Source: Myxococcota bacterium (GTDB lineage: Bacteria > Myxococcota_A > Bradymonadia > UBA7976 > UBA1532). Taken from it: DNA of 64,000 nucleotides. The stretch spans positions 54,507-118,506 of the forward strand of contig JAYZEG010000028.1 of assembly GCA_036337435.1 (NCBI GenBank), written 5' to 3'. The notes below the pieces were generated by a model. It saw only the letters and a program-made list of their open reading frames with translations. It was not told where the DNA came from and did no database searches. A program made the translations under genes and the position numbers. Of this stretch, positions 19,594-27,866 are shown piece by piece. Position 1 is the first letter of the stretch, and each line of letters starts with the position of its first letter.

Positions 19594-20780
19594 CCAATCA
19601 TATTGTTTTGGGTCTCGTTGTGCTGGCGTCTGTCAGCTGTGGTTCTGTGTGTCCTACAGGCGAGACTTGTGAACGCACCTGTCCAAATGGAACCGAGCCT
19701 GTTTGTGCGGCAGACAACCTGTGTGTTTGTTCTGGGGCGAAACGGGGCGATCGGTTGCCCACAGAGGCATCCTGTTTACGTCCACAGCCTGGAGAATTGG
19801 TCATCACAGAGGTTCTTATTGACGGAGAGCCAACGGAGAAGGAGGAGTTTGTGGAATTTGTCAACTCGGCTGCACATCCGATCTCATTGGATGGCATTTC
19901 CTTGCTGAGTGAACGCGGTGGACGAATCCGTAAGCACGTTCTTTTTGGCTCCGGCTGTCTACCAGCCGGCGCAGCCATTGCGGTCTATGCCGATGTTCAC
20001 CGCTGGATATACAGTCTAGAACTGCCAACTCAACCGGTTGTGGCAACTCAATCTTTTGGGTTTTCCAATGAGAGAGACTTTCACATTATTTTGGAGTCTG
20101 GGCAGAGGCAGACGCTGGATAGTGTTCGAGGTGGTCGTGGTCAGATTCAACCCGGCATTAGCATTGGTCGTGAAAGTCCAGAGCTCGGCAAGCCATTTGT
20201 GCTCCATAATTCCATTGGAAACGGCAGTGACAGTTCGCCGGGTGGGTGTCCGAATGGCGGGGCATATCACACCGGGTGCGAGCAAAACGTTGTTCATAAC
20301 TGTCGTTTTCCTGCTCGAGGTGACCTCATTGTGAATGAAGTGCTTATCGATGGTGACCCCGATGCCACAGAAGAATTTGTCGAAATCCATAATACGACGA
20401 GTGAACGGATCAATTTGGCAGGACTCGAAATATTATCCAACCGAGGCAACGAGTTGGCGATGCGAGTCAAATTCAAGCAAGGGTGTATTGAAAAAAAAGG
20501 GTATGTTGCTCTCTTCGCGGAACCCGACAGGTGGATTTGGACGCCGAGCCCCGTTTATGCGCCTGAATTTATCTTGAAACGGTTTGGCTTTCCAAATACC
20601 CGCGATTTTCTGTTTGTACTACAAACACCGGCCGAGTTAGAAATCGACCGATTCGCTGGTTCAAGACGTCTGATTAGAGAAGGGGAGAGTGTCAGGCGCA
20701 GCTTCGTCGGCTTAAATCCGCGATTGGTTCGTCACAGTCATGGAGCAAAGACCAAGACATCTCCCGGTATTGCCCCCTAA
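19590..20780 (+). CDS. Cys-rich lipoprotein with two lamin-tail (LTD) domains
   Basis: lipobox SVSC; two copies of G(E/D)L(V/I)-(T/N)EVLIDG...EEFVE--N-----I-L-G; ends TSPG. Confidence 0.8.
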   Translation: MTNHIVLGLVVLASVSCGSVCPTGETCERTCPNGTEPVCAADNLCVCSGAKRGDRLPTEASCLRPQPGELVITEVLIDGEPTEKEEFVEFVNSAAHPISLDGISLLSERGGRIRKHVLFGSGCLPAGAAIAVYADVHRWIYSLELPTQPVVATQSFGFSNERDFHIILESGQRQTLDSVRGGRGQIQPGISIGRESPELGKPFVLHNSIGNGSDSSPGGCPNGGAYHTGCEQNVVHNCRFPARGDLIVNEVLIDGDPDATEEFVEIHNTTSERINLAGLEILSNRGNELAMRVKFKQGCIEKKGYVALFAEPDRWIWTPSPVYAPEFILKRFGFPNTRDFLFVLQTPAELEIDRFAGSRRLIREGESVRRSFVGLNPRLVRHSHGAKTKTSPGIAP

Positions 20781-20910
20781 AATATTGATTCACCGCGGGG
20801 AGACAAGATCCCCAAAAAAGCACAGGCTTTTGAGTCAATTCATCTCAAATTTCGGCCCGAGAACAAAAAAAATGAAGTTTTACGAGCATAACCTATCCGA
20901 CCTGTAAGTT

Positions 20911-20930
20911 TTATGCACACCTGTGGATAT
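20911..20930. promoter_or_regulatory. inverted pair of DnaA-box-like 9-mers
   Basis: TTATGCACA (20911-19, fits TTWTNCACA) and TGTGGATAT (20922-30, one mismatch to TGTGGATAA). Confidence 0.5.
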
Positions 20931-21077
20931 CTTTGTTTACATGTATCCTAAATAACCGATATTAAAGTAAAAAGGGCACAATGTAAGACCTTTACCTATC
21001 TATGTATACAGGTGAGTAGAGGGTATAGGAATTGCTAATGTTCCAACAAAATCAATATGTTCAGTAACATTTGGTGA

Positions 21078-21107
21078 TTGACACGCTTCCACGTCCACTT
21101 CTATAAG
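21078..21107 (+). promoter_or_regulatory. sigma70-type promoter of the ParA-family gene
   Basis: TTGACA-N18-TATAAG, 55 bp upstream of ATG 21163. Confidence 0.6.
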
Positions 21108-21162
21108 TAAGACATTGACAGGTGGTTTTTGTCGGCCTGTTTTGTAGGGGGGGATAAACTCC

Positions 21163-22296
21163 ATGAGTGGTTCAGATCATACTTGTTCTGTTTGTTCTAC
21201 AGTCTTTGAACTGCAATTCGCTTACCAGGCACAGCGTACAGCTGACGCTCAATTCTATTTCTGCAGCCAACGGTGTCACGAAGAACACTTACTCTCAGCG
21301 AATAAGAAAACGTGTTCGGTTTGCTCCAAACGTTTTGATATGCAATTTGCATATCAGCAGTCTCAGTCTGATGGTGAAACGAAGTATTATTGCTCCAACG
21401 ACTGTCGGAGTATGTCGATCACCAAGTCGGCACCGGTCATCCGAAACACAAGACGAATTGCGGTCTTAAATCAAAAGGGCGGAACGGGTAAGACGACGAC
21501 GAGCGTGAATCTAGCCGCCGGTCTCGCGGAAGCCGGCTACAAAACGCTTCTCATCGATTTAGACGCTCAAGGAAACGTCGCTGTTTCTCTTGGGTTATCA
21601 TCGAAGCGAACGATCTACCACGTCTTGGTGGAGGGTGCACACCCATCCGATTGTGTTGTTAATGTGTCGAACAACTTCGACGCGCTTGTGAGTAATACGA
21701 GTTTGGCACAAGCGGAGGTTCGCCTGGTCAATACCCCAAGAAATAGATTCAAGGTTCTCGCTAATCGCATGGTCAGTATGACCAACTACGATTATATCAT
21801 TATGGACTGCGGCCCGAGTTTGTCCGTTTTGAATCAGAATGCTTTGACCTACGCGGATAACATCATCATTCCGGTATCGTGTGATTATTTGTCTTTGGTT
21901 GGCGTGAAGCAGATCTTGAGAACCCTCAAAAAAGTCAATGAGTTGTTACTTCATCCGGTCAGTATTCTCGGTGTTATTCCGACATTCTTCGATGTGCGAA
22001 CCCGAATTTCAGTGGAGGCCGTCAATACCCTAAAGAGTTACTTTAAGGACCGGGTGCTCCCGCCGATAAGAATCAACACGCGGCTTAGAGAAGCACCGGG
22101 GCACAAAAAGACGATTTTTGAATATGCGCCCGATTCGAGGGGGTCACAAGATTATCGACGCCTGGTCGAATCGGTGGTGGAATTCTATTCGCGCGATACT
22201 ATCGAAGACGAAAGTGCCGATGTTGACATGAGCATGCCCCCAAAAGACATTGAGAGTAATCCAGAGGAGGAGCACCGTGGTACAACCCACCTCTGA
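21163..22296 (+). CDS. ParA/Soj family ATPase with two N-terminal TRASH-like (CxxC...CSxxC) zinc fingers
   Basis: [11 protein letters not shown] deviant Walker [24 protein letters not shown]; tandem CSVCS...QFAYQ...(F/Y)CS--C. Confidence 0.9.
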   Translation: MSGSDHTCSVCSTVFELQFAYQAQRTADAQFYFCSQRCHEEHLLSANKKTCSVCSKRFDMQFAYQQSQSDGETKYYCSNDCRSMSITKSAPVIRNTRRIAVLNQKGGTGKTTTSVNLAAGLAEAGYKTLLIDLDAQGNVAVSLGLSSKRTIYHVLVEGAHPSDCVVNVSNNFDALVSNTSLAQAEVRLVNTPRNRFKVLANRMVSMTNYDYIIMDCGPSLSVLNQNALTYADNIIIPVSCDYLSLVGVKQILRTLKKVNELLLHPVSILGVIPTFFDVRTRISVEAVNTLKSYFKDRVLPPIRINTRLREAPGHKKTIFEYAPDSRGSQDYRRLVESVVEFYSRDTIEDESADVDMSMPPKDIESNPEEEHRGTTHL

Positions 22297-22588
22297 AGAC
22301 GATATTGTCGGCGCAATCAAAGGGTTCTTTGACGACGAAGAACGTGCCGTGGAGGAATTTTTTGATCCTCGGTTGCCGCGCCGAATAGATGCTCGTTCGA
22401 ATGCAAAGAACGATAAGCCTACCCACTACAAGGTGGTGTCGATTAGTCTCTATACTGAGGATATCGAGCGGTTGAACGAACTTGTTAAGGAACTTAAAAG
22501 CCGAGGTCATTCCAGAGCCAGCAAATCCATGCTCATACGCGAAGCCCTTCGACAATTAGACTTGGACGACGTGCCCCGGCAACGCTAG
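22277..22588 (+). CDS. small ParA partner with C-terminal ribbon-helix-helix domain
   Basis: GAGGAGG RBS + [22 protein letters not shown]...[10 protein letters not shown] strand-helix-helix pattern. Confidence 0.75.
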   Translation: MVQPTSEDDIVGAIKGFFDDEERAVEEFFDPRLPRRIDARSNAKNDKPTHYKVVSISLYTEDIERLNELVKELKSRGHSRASKSMLIREALRQLDLDDVPRQR

Positions 22589-22626
22589 CCCCGTGCTTTA
22601 GTCTGCCCAGAGCTGTTGGCAATCCC

Positions 22627-24300
22627 TTATTGTGGTTCAGGGATATTACGGACGGTCGCTGGTTCAATAGAAAAACGTGCGCACAAACCCATACTCTCTG
22701 GGATACCGTCCCCATTGAGGTCAAGATCGGCATCGAAAGCATCTATGATTCCGACGAATGCCGGTGCAACCATCAAAATCGCTTCGCGCAAAGAAGCGCG
22801 TTCCAGACCAGCGGTCAAAATTCCATTGGAAACTCGGACGCCAGTAAGTCCATTTACCTCGACTGGAAACACTGTATCGCCCGTGATTGTAGCTGATTGC
22901 GTTGGTAATGCGATGAGTTCCCCATTGATGACCGGCAATTGGAGGATGAATGGGCGTGGGCCAGCCGTGAGGAGACCATCGTTCATTTGTGCACCCGGGA
23001 AGATGTTGATTGGCACACCATTCTCATCGACAGACGCTGGCGCAACGGCACCATCGAGTCCATAGACGATGGCAAACTCGAAACGGGCACTCACAGCAGA
23101 ACTGTCCAATCCGTAAAACAGCCCATATAAGTTCAAGCTGTTGTTATCGATCTCTCGCTCGACTTGTGGGTTGATGATGCCGGCTAGGCGCCCAAAGCCA
23201 TTGTCTGGCTCGCCATCACCATCGATATCTCTACAGCCTTCGTCACCAGCTGGGACGATTTCAAACGAGACGATTCTCCCGGTGTGGACAGCGCAGGCGT
23301 TGTCTTGGCCATCGCAGTTTTGGTCGATGGTATCACCACAAATGTCTATGGCTAGGGGGTTGATGTTGCGGTCAGTATCATCACAGTCAATATTGCGGCA
23401 GACGATGTCACAATTGATGTTAGGAGGACATGGTTGCCCACAATCTACGGCCGGGCACGAAAAAGCCCCATCGCCATCCTGATCGTAGTCTTCATCTACA
23501 CTGCCGTCACAATCGTCATCATATCCATTACAGACTTCTTGCCCGCTCTCTTGGGGTGTGGCGTTGCAAACGACGTCCGCATTATCCCCGCAAACGAAAA
23601 TGCCATTTGTAGCGCACGTTCCAACGCCGGACGAACAGTCTGCCCCGACAGGGAATGTTTCATCTATCCGTCCATCACAATCGTCATCGATATCGTTACA
23701 GGTTTCTTGACCATTGTTTGTCAACTGACACTCACATCCATCAGATGAGTCTTCGTTCGTATCGACGAAGCCATCAGCGCAGCCGGTAACGAGGCAGCCT
23801 CCACCAACACACTCGACTTGCGCATTGGGCCGCTCGCAAACCAATCCGCATTCGCCGCAATTTTGCTCATCCGAATTGAGATCGATTCCCTCGTCGATCG
23901 TTTCATCGCAATCGTTGTCTAGTCCGTCACAAATTTCCGAGATCCCAACCGGAGACGGTCCATCACAGAGGGCAATGTTGTTTTCAAGGTCGCATGCCCA
24001 GGTGCCTTCGCTACTACATCCGCCCATTTGAATTACACAACTCTGCCCAACAGAGAACTCTTCATCGATCGCGTCATCACAATCGTTATCTAAGCCATCG
24101 CAGAGTTCACTTGTCGGAATACAAGCTGCTTCACCGCCGTCCATTGACCCATCGTTCGATTGGACCGCACGTCCATCGGTTATGGATTCAGTAGGATTCG
24201 CAGGCGTTTGATCATCCATGCATGAGAGGCTTGCTAAGCTTGCGCAAAGCAGAGTGACGTACTGGATAAGAGTGTTGTTTCGTTTTTGGTCAACAAGCAT
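22627..24300 (-). CDS. lipoprotein with multiple Cys/Asp-rich putative metal-binding (MopE-like) repeats
   Basis: lipobox SLSC; ELCDGLDNDCD, EICDGLDNDCD, ETCNDIDDDCDG, EVCNGYDDDCDG, DICGDTIDQNCDG. Confidence 0.85.
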   Translation of the reverse strand: MLVDQKRNNTLIQYVTLLCASLASLSCMDDQTPANPTESITDGRAVQSNDGSMDGGEAACIPTSELCDGLDNDCDDAIDEEFSVGQSCVIQMGGCSSEGTWACDLENNIALCDGPSPVGISEICDGLDNDCDETIDEGIDLNSDEQNCGECGLVCERPNAQVECVGGGCLVTGCADGFVDTNEDSSDGCECQLTNNGQETCNDIDDDCDGRIDETFPVGADCSSGVGTCATNGIFVCGDNADVVCNATPQESGQEVCNGYDDDCDGSVDEDYDQDGDGAFSCPAVDCGQPCPPNINCDIVCRNIDCDDTDRNINPLAIDICGDTIDQNCDGQDNACAVHTGRIVSFEIVPAGDEGCRDIDGDGEPDNGFGRLAGIINPQVEREIDNNSLNLYGLFYGLDSSAVSARFEFAIVYGLDGAVAPASVDENGVPINIFPGAQMNDGLLTAGPRPFILQLPVINGELIALPTQSATITGDTVFPVEVNGLTGVRVSNGILTAGLERASLREAILMVAPAFVGIIDAFDADLDLNGDGIPESMGLCARFSIEPATVRNIPEPQ

Positions 24301-24381
24301 GTGCGAAATCCCTCGTTTGAGCCATCGAGCACTGAACATCGTTCGTAATCGTGTTCGCCGACTATGCACAAGGCTCAGGGA

Positions 24382-24657
24382 TCAAGGCAAATATTTTGAT
24401 TTCTCAAGAACGATCGTGACTTCAATAGACCGGATCTGCGACATCAGGGATTCGCTGAGGGTTTGCCCCGATTGCATCGCCGCTTCAAGCATTGAGCCAC
24501 ACCGTTCATATTGGCTGAGTTGGATTTGAAACTCTTCCCGATTTAGTCGTTTGACCAAGCGTCCCTTAAATTGGCCAAATTGACCGGGCTTGATGTCACC
24601 GACAAGCTGTTGGAAACGAGTCTCATATTGTTCGAATCCATCATTTGCTGCGCTCAT
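24382..24657 (-). CDS. small hypothetical protein
   Basis: AAGGGAG RBS before ATG 24657; protein-like sequence FQQLVGDIKPGQFGQFKGRLVKRL. Confidence 0.6.
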   Translation of the reverse strand: MSAANDGFEQYETRFQQLVGDIKPGQFGQFKGRLVKRLNREEFQIQLSQYERCGSMLEAAMQSGQTLSESLMSQIRSIEVTIVLEKSKYLP

Positions 24658-24738
24658 TGTGGCGTTCTCCCTTTCCATAACGACGCTCTCGGTGAGCGTG
24701 TCCTTGACATGTGCCGACGCTGGGATAGGGTAACTGAG

Positions 24739-26199
24739 ATGAAACTTTGTGTACATTATGGTCTCTGTCGATTTTTGGTTTCCGCCTTGCTTGCCGGCAT
24801 AGTTCTGACAACGACCGCTCAAGCAGACTCGGATCAAACGAAACGCTATTCCCTCGATGATCTCTTGCGTGCCGCGCGCGAATCGAGTCCTGTCATGACC
24901 ATCGCGAGAGCTAAACTTAAGAAATATGAGGCCATATTTGATCGCGCATATTATGCCTGGTCTCCGGTTTTGAAAATTGATGCTTTGATGGCACCACTTC
25001 CAGAGCGGAGAGTTCTCGATCGATGTGTTGATCCGGGTGCCGTTGATCCGATGACTGGATTAGCCCCCGTTGTGGCATGTCCGGGACAAAATATCCAAAC
25101 AGACGAACGGATTACAGCGGATACAGAGATAGGCCTCTTGGTCAGGACTGATGTTGATATCACCTTTCCGATTTACACGTTTGGTAAGATCGAACACGGG
25201 CAAAAAGCTGCCCGTGCAGGCATCGCTGTTGGTCGGTCAGGCATAAATTATGCTCGTGGAAGATTGGACTTTCTCGTGAAAAAGGCCTATTACGGCGCGC
25301 AAATGGCTGAAACAGCCTTGGGCGTTCTAAAAGATGGTCGGAAGCGGTTCTCGAAAGCGAAACGGTCCATCGAGAAAGAATTGGCCAAAGACACAGGTCG
25401 CTTCACAAGTAATGATCTCCGGAAGCTATTGGTCGATGAGGCAGAACTGGAGTCAAGATTTCTTGAGACTGAAGCCTTAAATAAGCAGGCCTGGTCTGGG
25501 ATTCGACTGGCGGCATCGGCGCCACCGACTGGGAAAATCTCTCTCGACACACTCAAGTTAAAGCCTGTTATCGTCGAGCAGCGCACTGAGGCGGAATATA
25601 TCGAATTAGCCCTTGATGCGAGGCCAGACATCCGGATGGCTCGGGCAGCAATTCGAGCCCGACAGAGTGAAGTGAATATGGCCGTTGCCAACTTTTTTCC
25701 CGACATCGCTCTCGTGGGCGGCCTAAGATACGCGAAGGGGACGACGGCTGATGATCCAGTAGACCCATTTGCCAATGACGGCTACAACTACGTTGGCTGG
25801 GGGATCGTGATTGGAGCTAAATGGAAAATTGACTATTCAGTGCTCGTAAGTCGATTGAAAGAAAAACAAGCAAAAGCGCTACAGCAACGGGCCGAATACG
25901 ATGCCCTTGCCCAAAAAGTTCGACTGGAAATGATCACATTGGTGAGTGAGATGGAGCGACGCAAAGCGGAGACAGATGTCCGTCGAATTGCCATGAAAGC
26001 CGGTAAAGCGTGGCTGATCTCAAATACATTAAATTTCGGCCTTGGGGTCGCCACTGTAGACCAGTTACTGAGAAGCTTGATAGCGTATAGTAAAGCTCGG
26101 TTGACGTATTACCGTGTAATATATGAGTACAATTTAGCGGTTGCTCGCCTTTCTCAGGCGGTTGGTATTGAACTCAGTATTCCAAATCCAAATGAATAG
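24739..26199 (+). CDS. TolC family outer membrane protein
   Basis: signal peptide; SLDDLL-AA---P, PIYTFGK, VKKAYY, RPDI, FFPDI-L, YNLAVARL--AVG. Confidence 0.85.
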   Translation: MKLCVHYGLCRFLVSALLAGIVLTTTAQADSDQTKRYSLDDLLRAARESSPVMTIARAKLKKYEAIFDRAYYAWSPVLKIDALMAPLPERRVLDRCVDPGAVDPMTGLAPVVACPGQNIQTDERITADTEIGLLVRTDVDITFPIYTFGKIEHGQKAARAGIAVGRSGINYARGRLDFLVKKAYYGAQMAETALGVLKDGRKRFSKAKRSIEKELAKDTGRFTSNDLRKLLVDEAELESRFLETEALNKQAWSGIRLAASAPPTGKISLDTLKLKPVIVEQRTEAEYIELALDARPDIRMARAAIRARQSEVNMAVANFFPDIALVGGLRYAKGTTADDPVDPFANDGYNYVGWGIVIGAKWKIDYSVLVSRLKEKQAKALQQRAEYDALAQKVRLEMITLVSEMERRKAETDVRRIAMKAGKAWLISNTLNFGLGVATVDQLLRSLIAYSKARLTYYRVIYEYNLAVARLSQAVGIELSIPNPNE

Positions 26200-26239
26200 T
26201 TGCTGACGCCTGAGCGTAGCTTCACTGTTAAACAGAAAA

Positions 26240-26983
26240 ATGAATGGAAACCAAGACATGGTTAAACACTTTTTACTGGCTAGTTTTAGTCTTTTGTTGA
26301 TGGTCACCCAAGGATGGGCTGGACCGCCTACCGACAGTTTGAAAGCCAAGGTCAGCGAGGCGAGACAGCTGTTAAAACAGAAGGTGGTCGATGGGTCTGA
26401 GGAGGCCAAGAAAGTTGATGCCAAACTTAAGTCCGTCATAGAGCCTGTATTGGATTTTCAGCGCATGAGTGAGAATGCGCTCAGAGCACATTGGTCCAAC
26501 CTGACACCCGGAAACCGTACGGAGTTTGTTGCTCTCTTTCGCGCCTTACTGTTTCGGAGTTATTTGACCCGAATCCGAAAAGCGAATGAAGACTATACGC
26601 TTCAATACGAGGGGGAAGAGGCAAAGGGCCGTAAAGCGGCAGCCGTCACTGTCATTGCGCAAACACCAAAGGCCGAAATTGAGCTGGTTTTTCACGTTAT
26701 TACGCAGGATGGTAAGAAATGGATTACCGAGGACGTCGTCATTGATGAAGTGAGCTTGGTTCAGAATTACCGCGAGCAATTTACACGAATCATAAAAAAA
26801 GATGGTTACCCGGTCTTACTTAAAAAAATGGCCGATAAGCTCCGAGAGTTAGGCGGTGAAGTCCCCGTTGAGGTAAAGTCCATTCCAAAGTCGACTGAAG
26901 TGAAATCAAAACCGACGACCGAGGAACAAAAAAACACGGGCAATACAGCCAAGAAAAGGGTGCCGACGGCGCCCCAAAAATAA
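26240..26983 (+). CDS. MlaC/Ttg2D/HpnM family periplasmic lipid-binding protein
   Basis: DFQRMSENAL--HW, EFV-LF--LL, W---DVVIDEVSLVQNYREQF--II. Confidence 0.88.
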   Translation: MNGNQDMVKHFLLASFSLLLMVTQGWAGPPTDSLKAKVSEARQLLKQKVVDGSEEAKKVDAKLKSVIEPVLDFQRMSENALRAHWSNLTPGNRTEFVALFRALLFRSYLTRIRKANEDYTLQYEGEEAKGRKAAAVTVIAQTPKAEIELVFHVITQDGKKWITEDVVIDEVSLVQNYREQFTRIIKKDGYPVLLKKMADKLRELGGEVPVEVKSIPKSTEVKSKPTTEEQKNTGNTAKKRVPTAPQK

Positions 26984-27095
26984 GTGCCTGTGCGTTATGA
27001 TTTGGCCGCTCGAATGAGGCGGTCTCCAAGCCGCTGTCCAAACGGCCGCATCGTTTGAAAAGCAGTGATGATTTGACCGCGGCCGTTGCGAGTCG

Positions 27096-27845
27096 TCAGT
27101 CGAACCAGAGAAGTGACGCGGCGGATCCTAGAATGGCGGACAGGACCGCTAACACAGTAAAGATGAGCCACTGTCCAAACGATTTGCTCCCCGTATTTTG
27201 TGCATTGGCCGGCGTTAGCAGACACTCAATTTGTCCAAAAGTGATGCGGTCTCCATGGCTAACCCGTGTCGGTCTATTTATGCGTCGACCAAGGACGAAG
27301 ACACCGTTGCTCGAACCCAAATCAGTTAGGGCGTAGGAGCCATCATCCTGTCGCTTTAATTGTGCATGCTGCCTCGAGACTGATGGATCTTGAATCGAGA
27401 GGTCATTTTCATCGATTCGACCGACGGATATAATCGGCTCGTAGAGCAGCACTTCGCGGCCGGCATCATGACCTGTCAGAATCACAAATTTTCCGTGAGC
27501 CTGATCTGGGGCAACCGTTGCTGTCTTTATACCGCTTCCATTCTGACCTTGCTCATGGAATTCAAGTTGAAAAAGATATTCGGAGACGCGGATCCTAGAT
27601 GTTTCATCAACGGCCGTGTCACGACTGATTCTTTGTTCATTGACGTACACTCCGTTGGCACTGCCCATATCAGAGACGAACACTTGGCCATTTTCTATGT
27701 AGAAACATGCGTGTTGTCGAGAGACTGAAGTGCTGTCTAGAGCGACGTCACAGTCGTCTAGCCGACCGACAGTGACTTCGTCCGCCGCAATGCGGTGTTC
27801 GCTGACCAGTGCGCCGCGTTCGTTCTTTACGGCCAGTACATACAT
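27096..27845 (-). CDS. double FHA-domain protein with C-terminal TM helix
   Basis: two GR...SVSRQHA...D-GS-NGV motifs; terminal hydrophobic helix. Confidence 0.9.
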   Translation of the reverse strand: MYVLAVKNERGALVSEHRIAADEVTVGRLDDCDVALDSTSVSRQHACFYIENGQVFVSDMGSANGVYVNEQRISRDTAVDETSRIRVSEYLFQLEFHEQGQNGSGIKTATVAPDQAHGKFVILTGHDAGREVLLYEPIISVGRIDENDLSIQDPSVSRQHAQLKRQDDGSYALTDLGSSNGVFVLGRRINRPTRVSHGDRITFGQIECLLTPANAQNTGSKSFGQWLIFTVLAVLSAILGSAASLLWFD

Positions 27846-27866
27846 CGATCAGGTTCGCCTGTCTGT

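Noticed and set aside
20781..22588. oriC, or an integrated plasmid replicon with a par locus
   Set aside because: Only two DnaA-like boxes; no dnaA, dnaN, gidA, parB, rep gene or iterons; kept only as a regulatory observation
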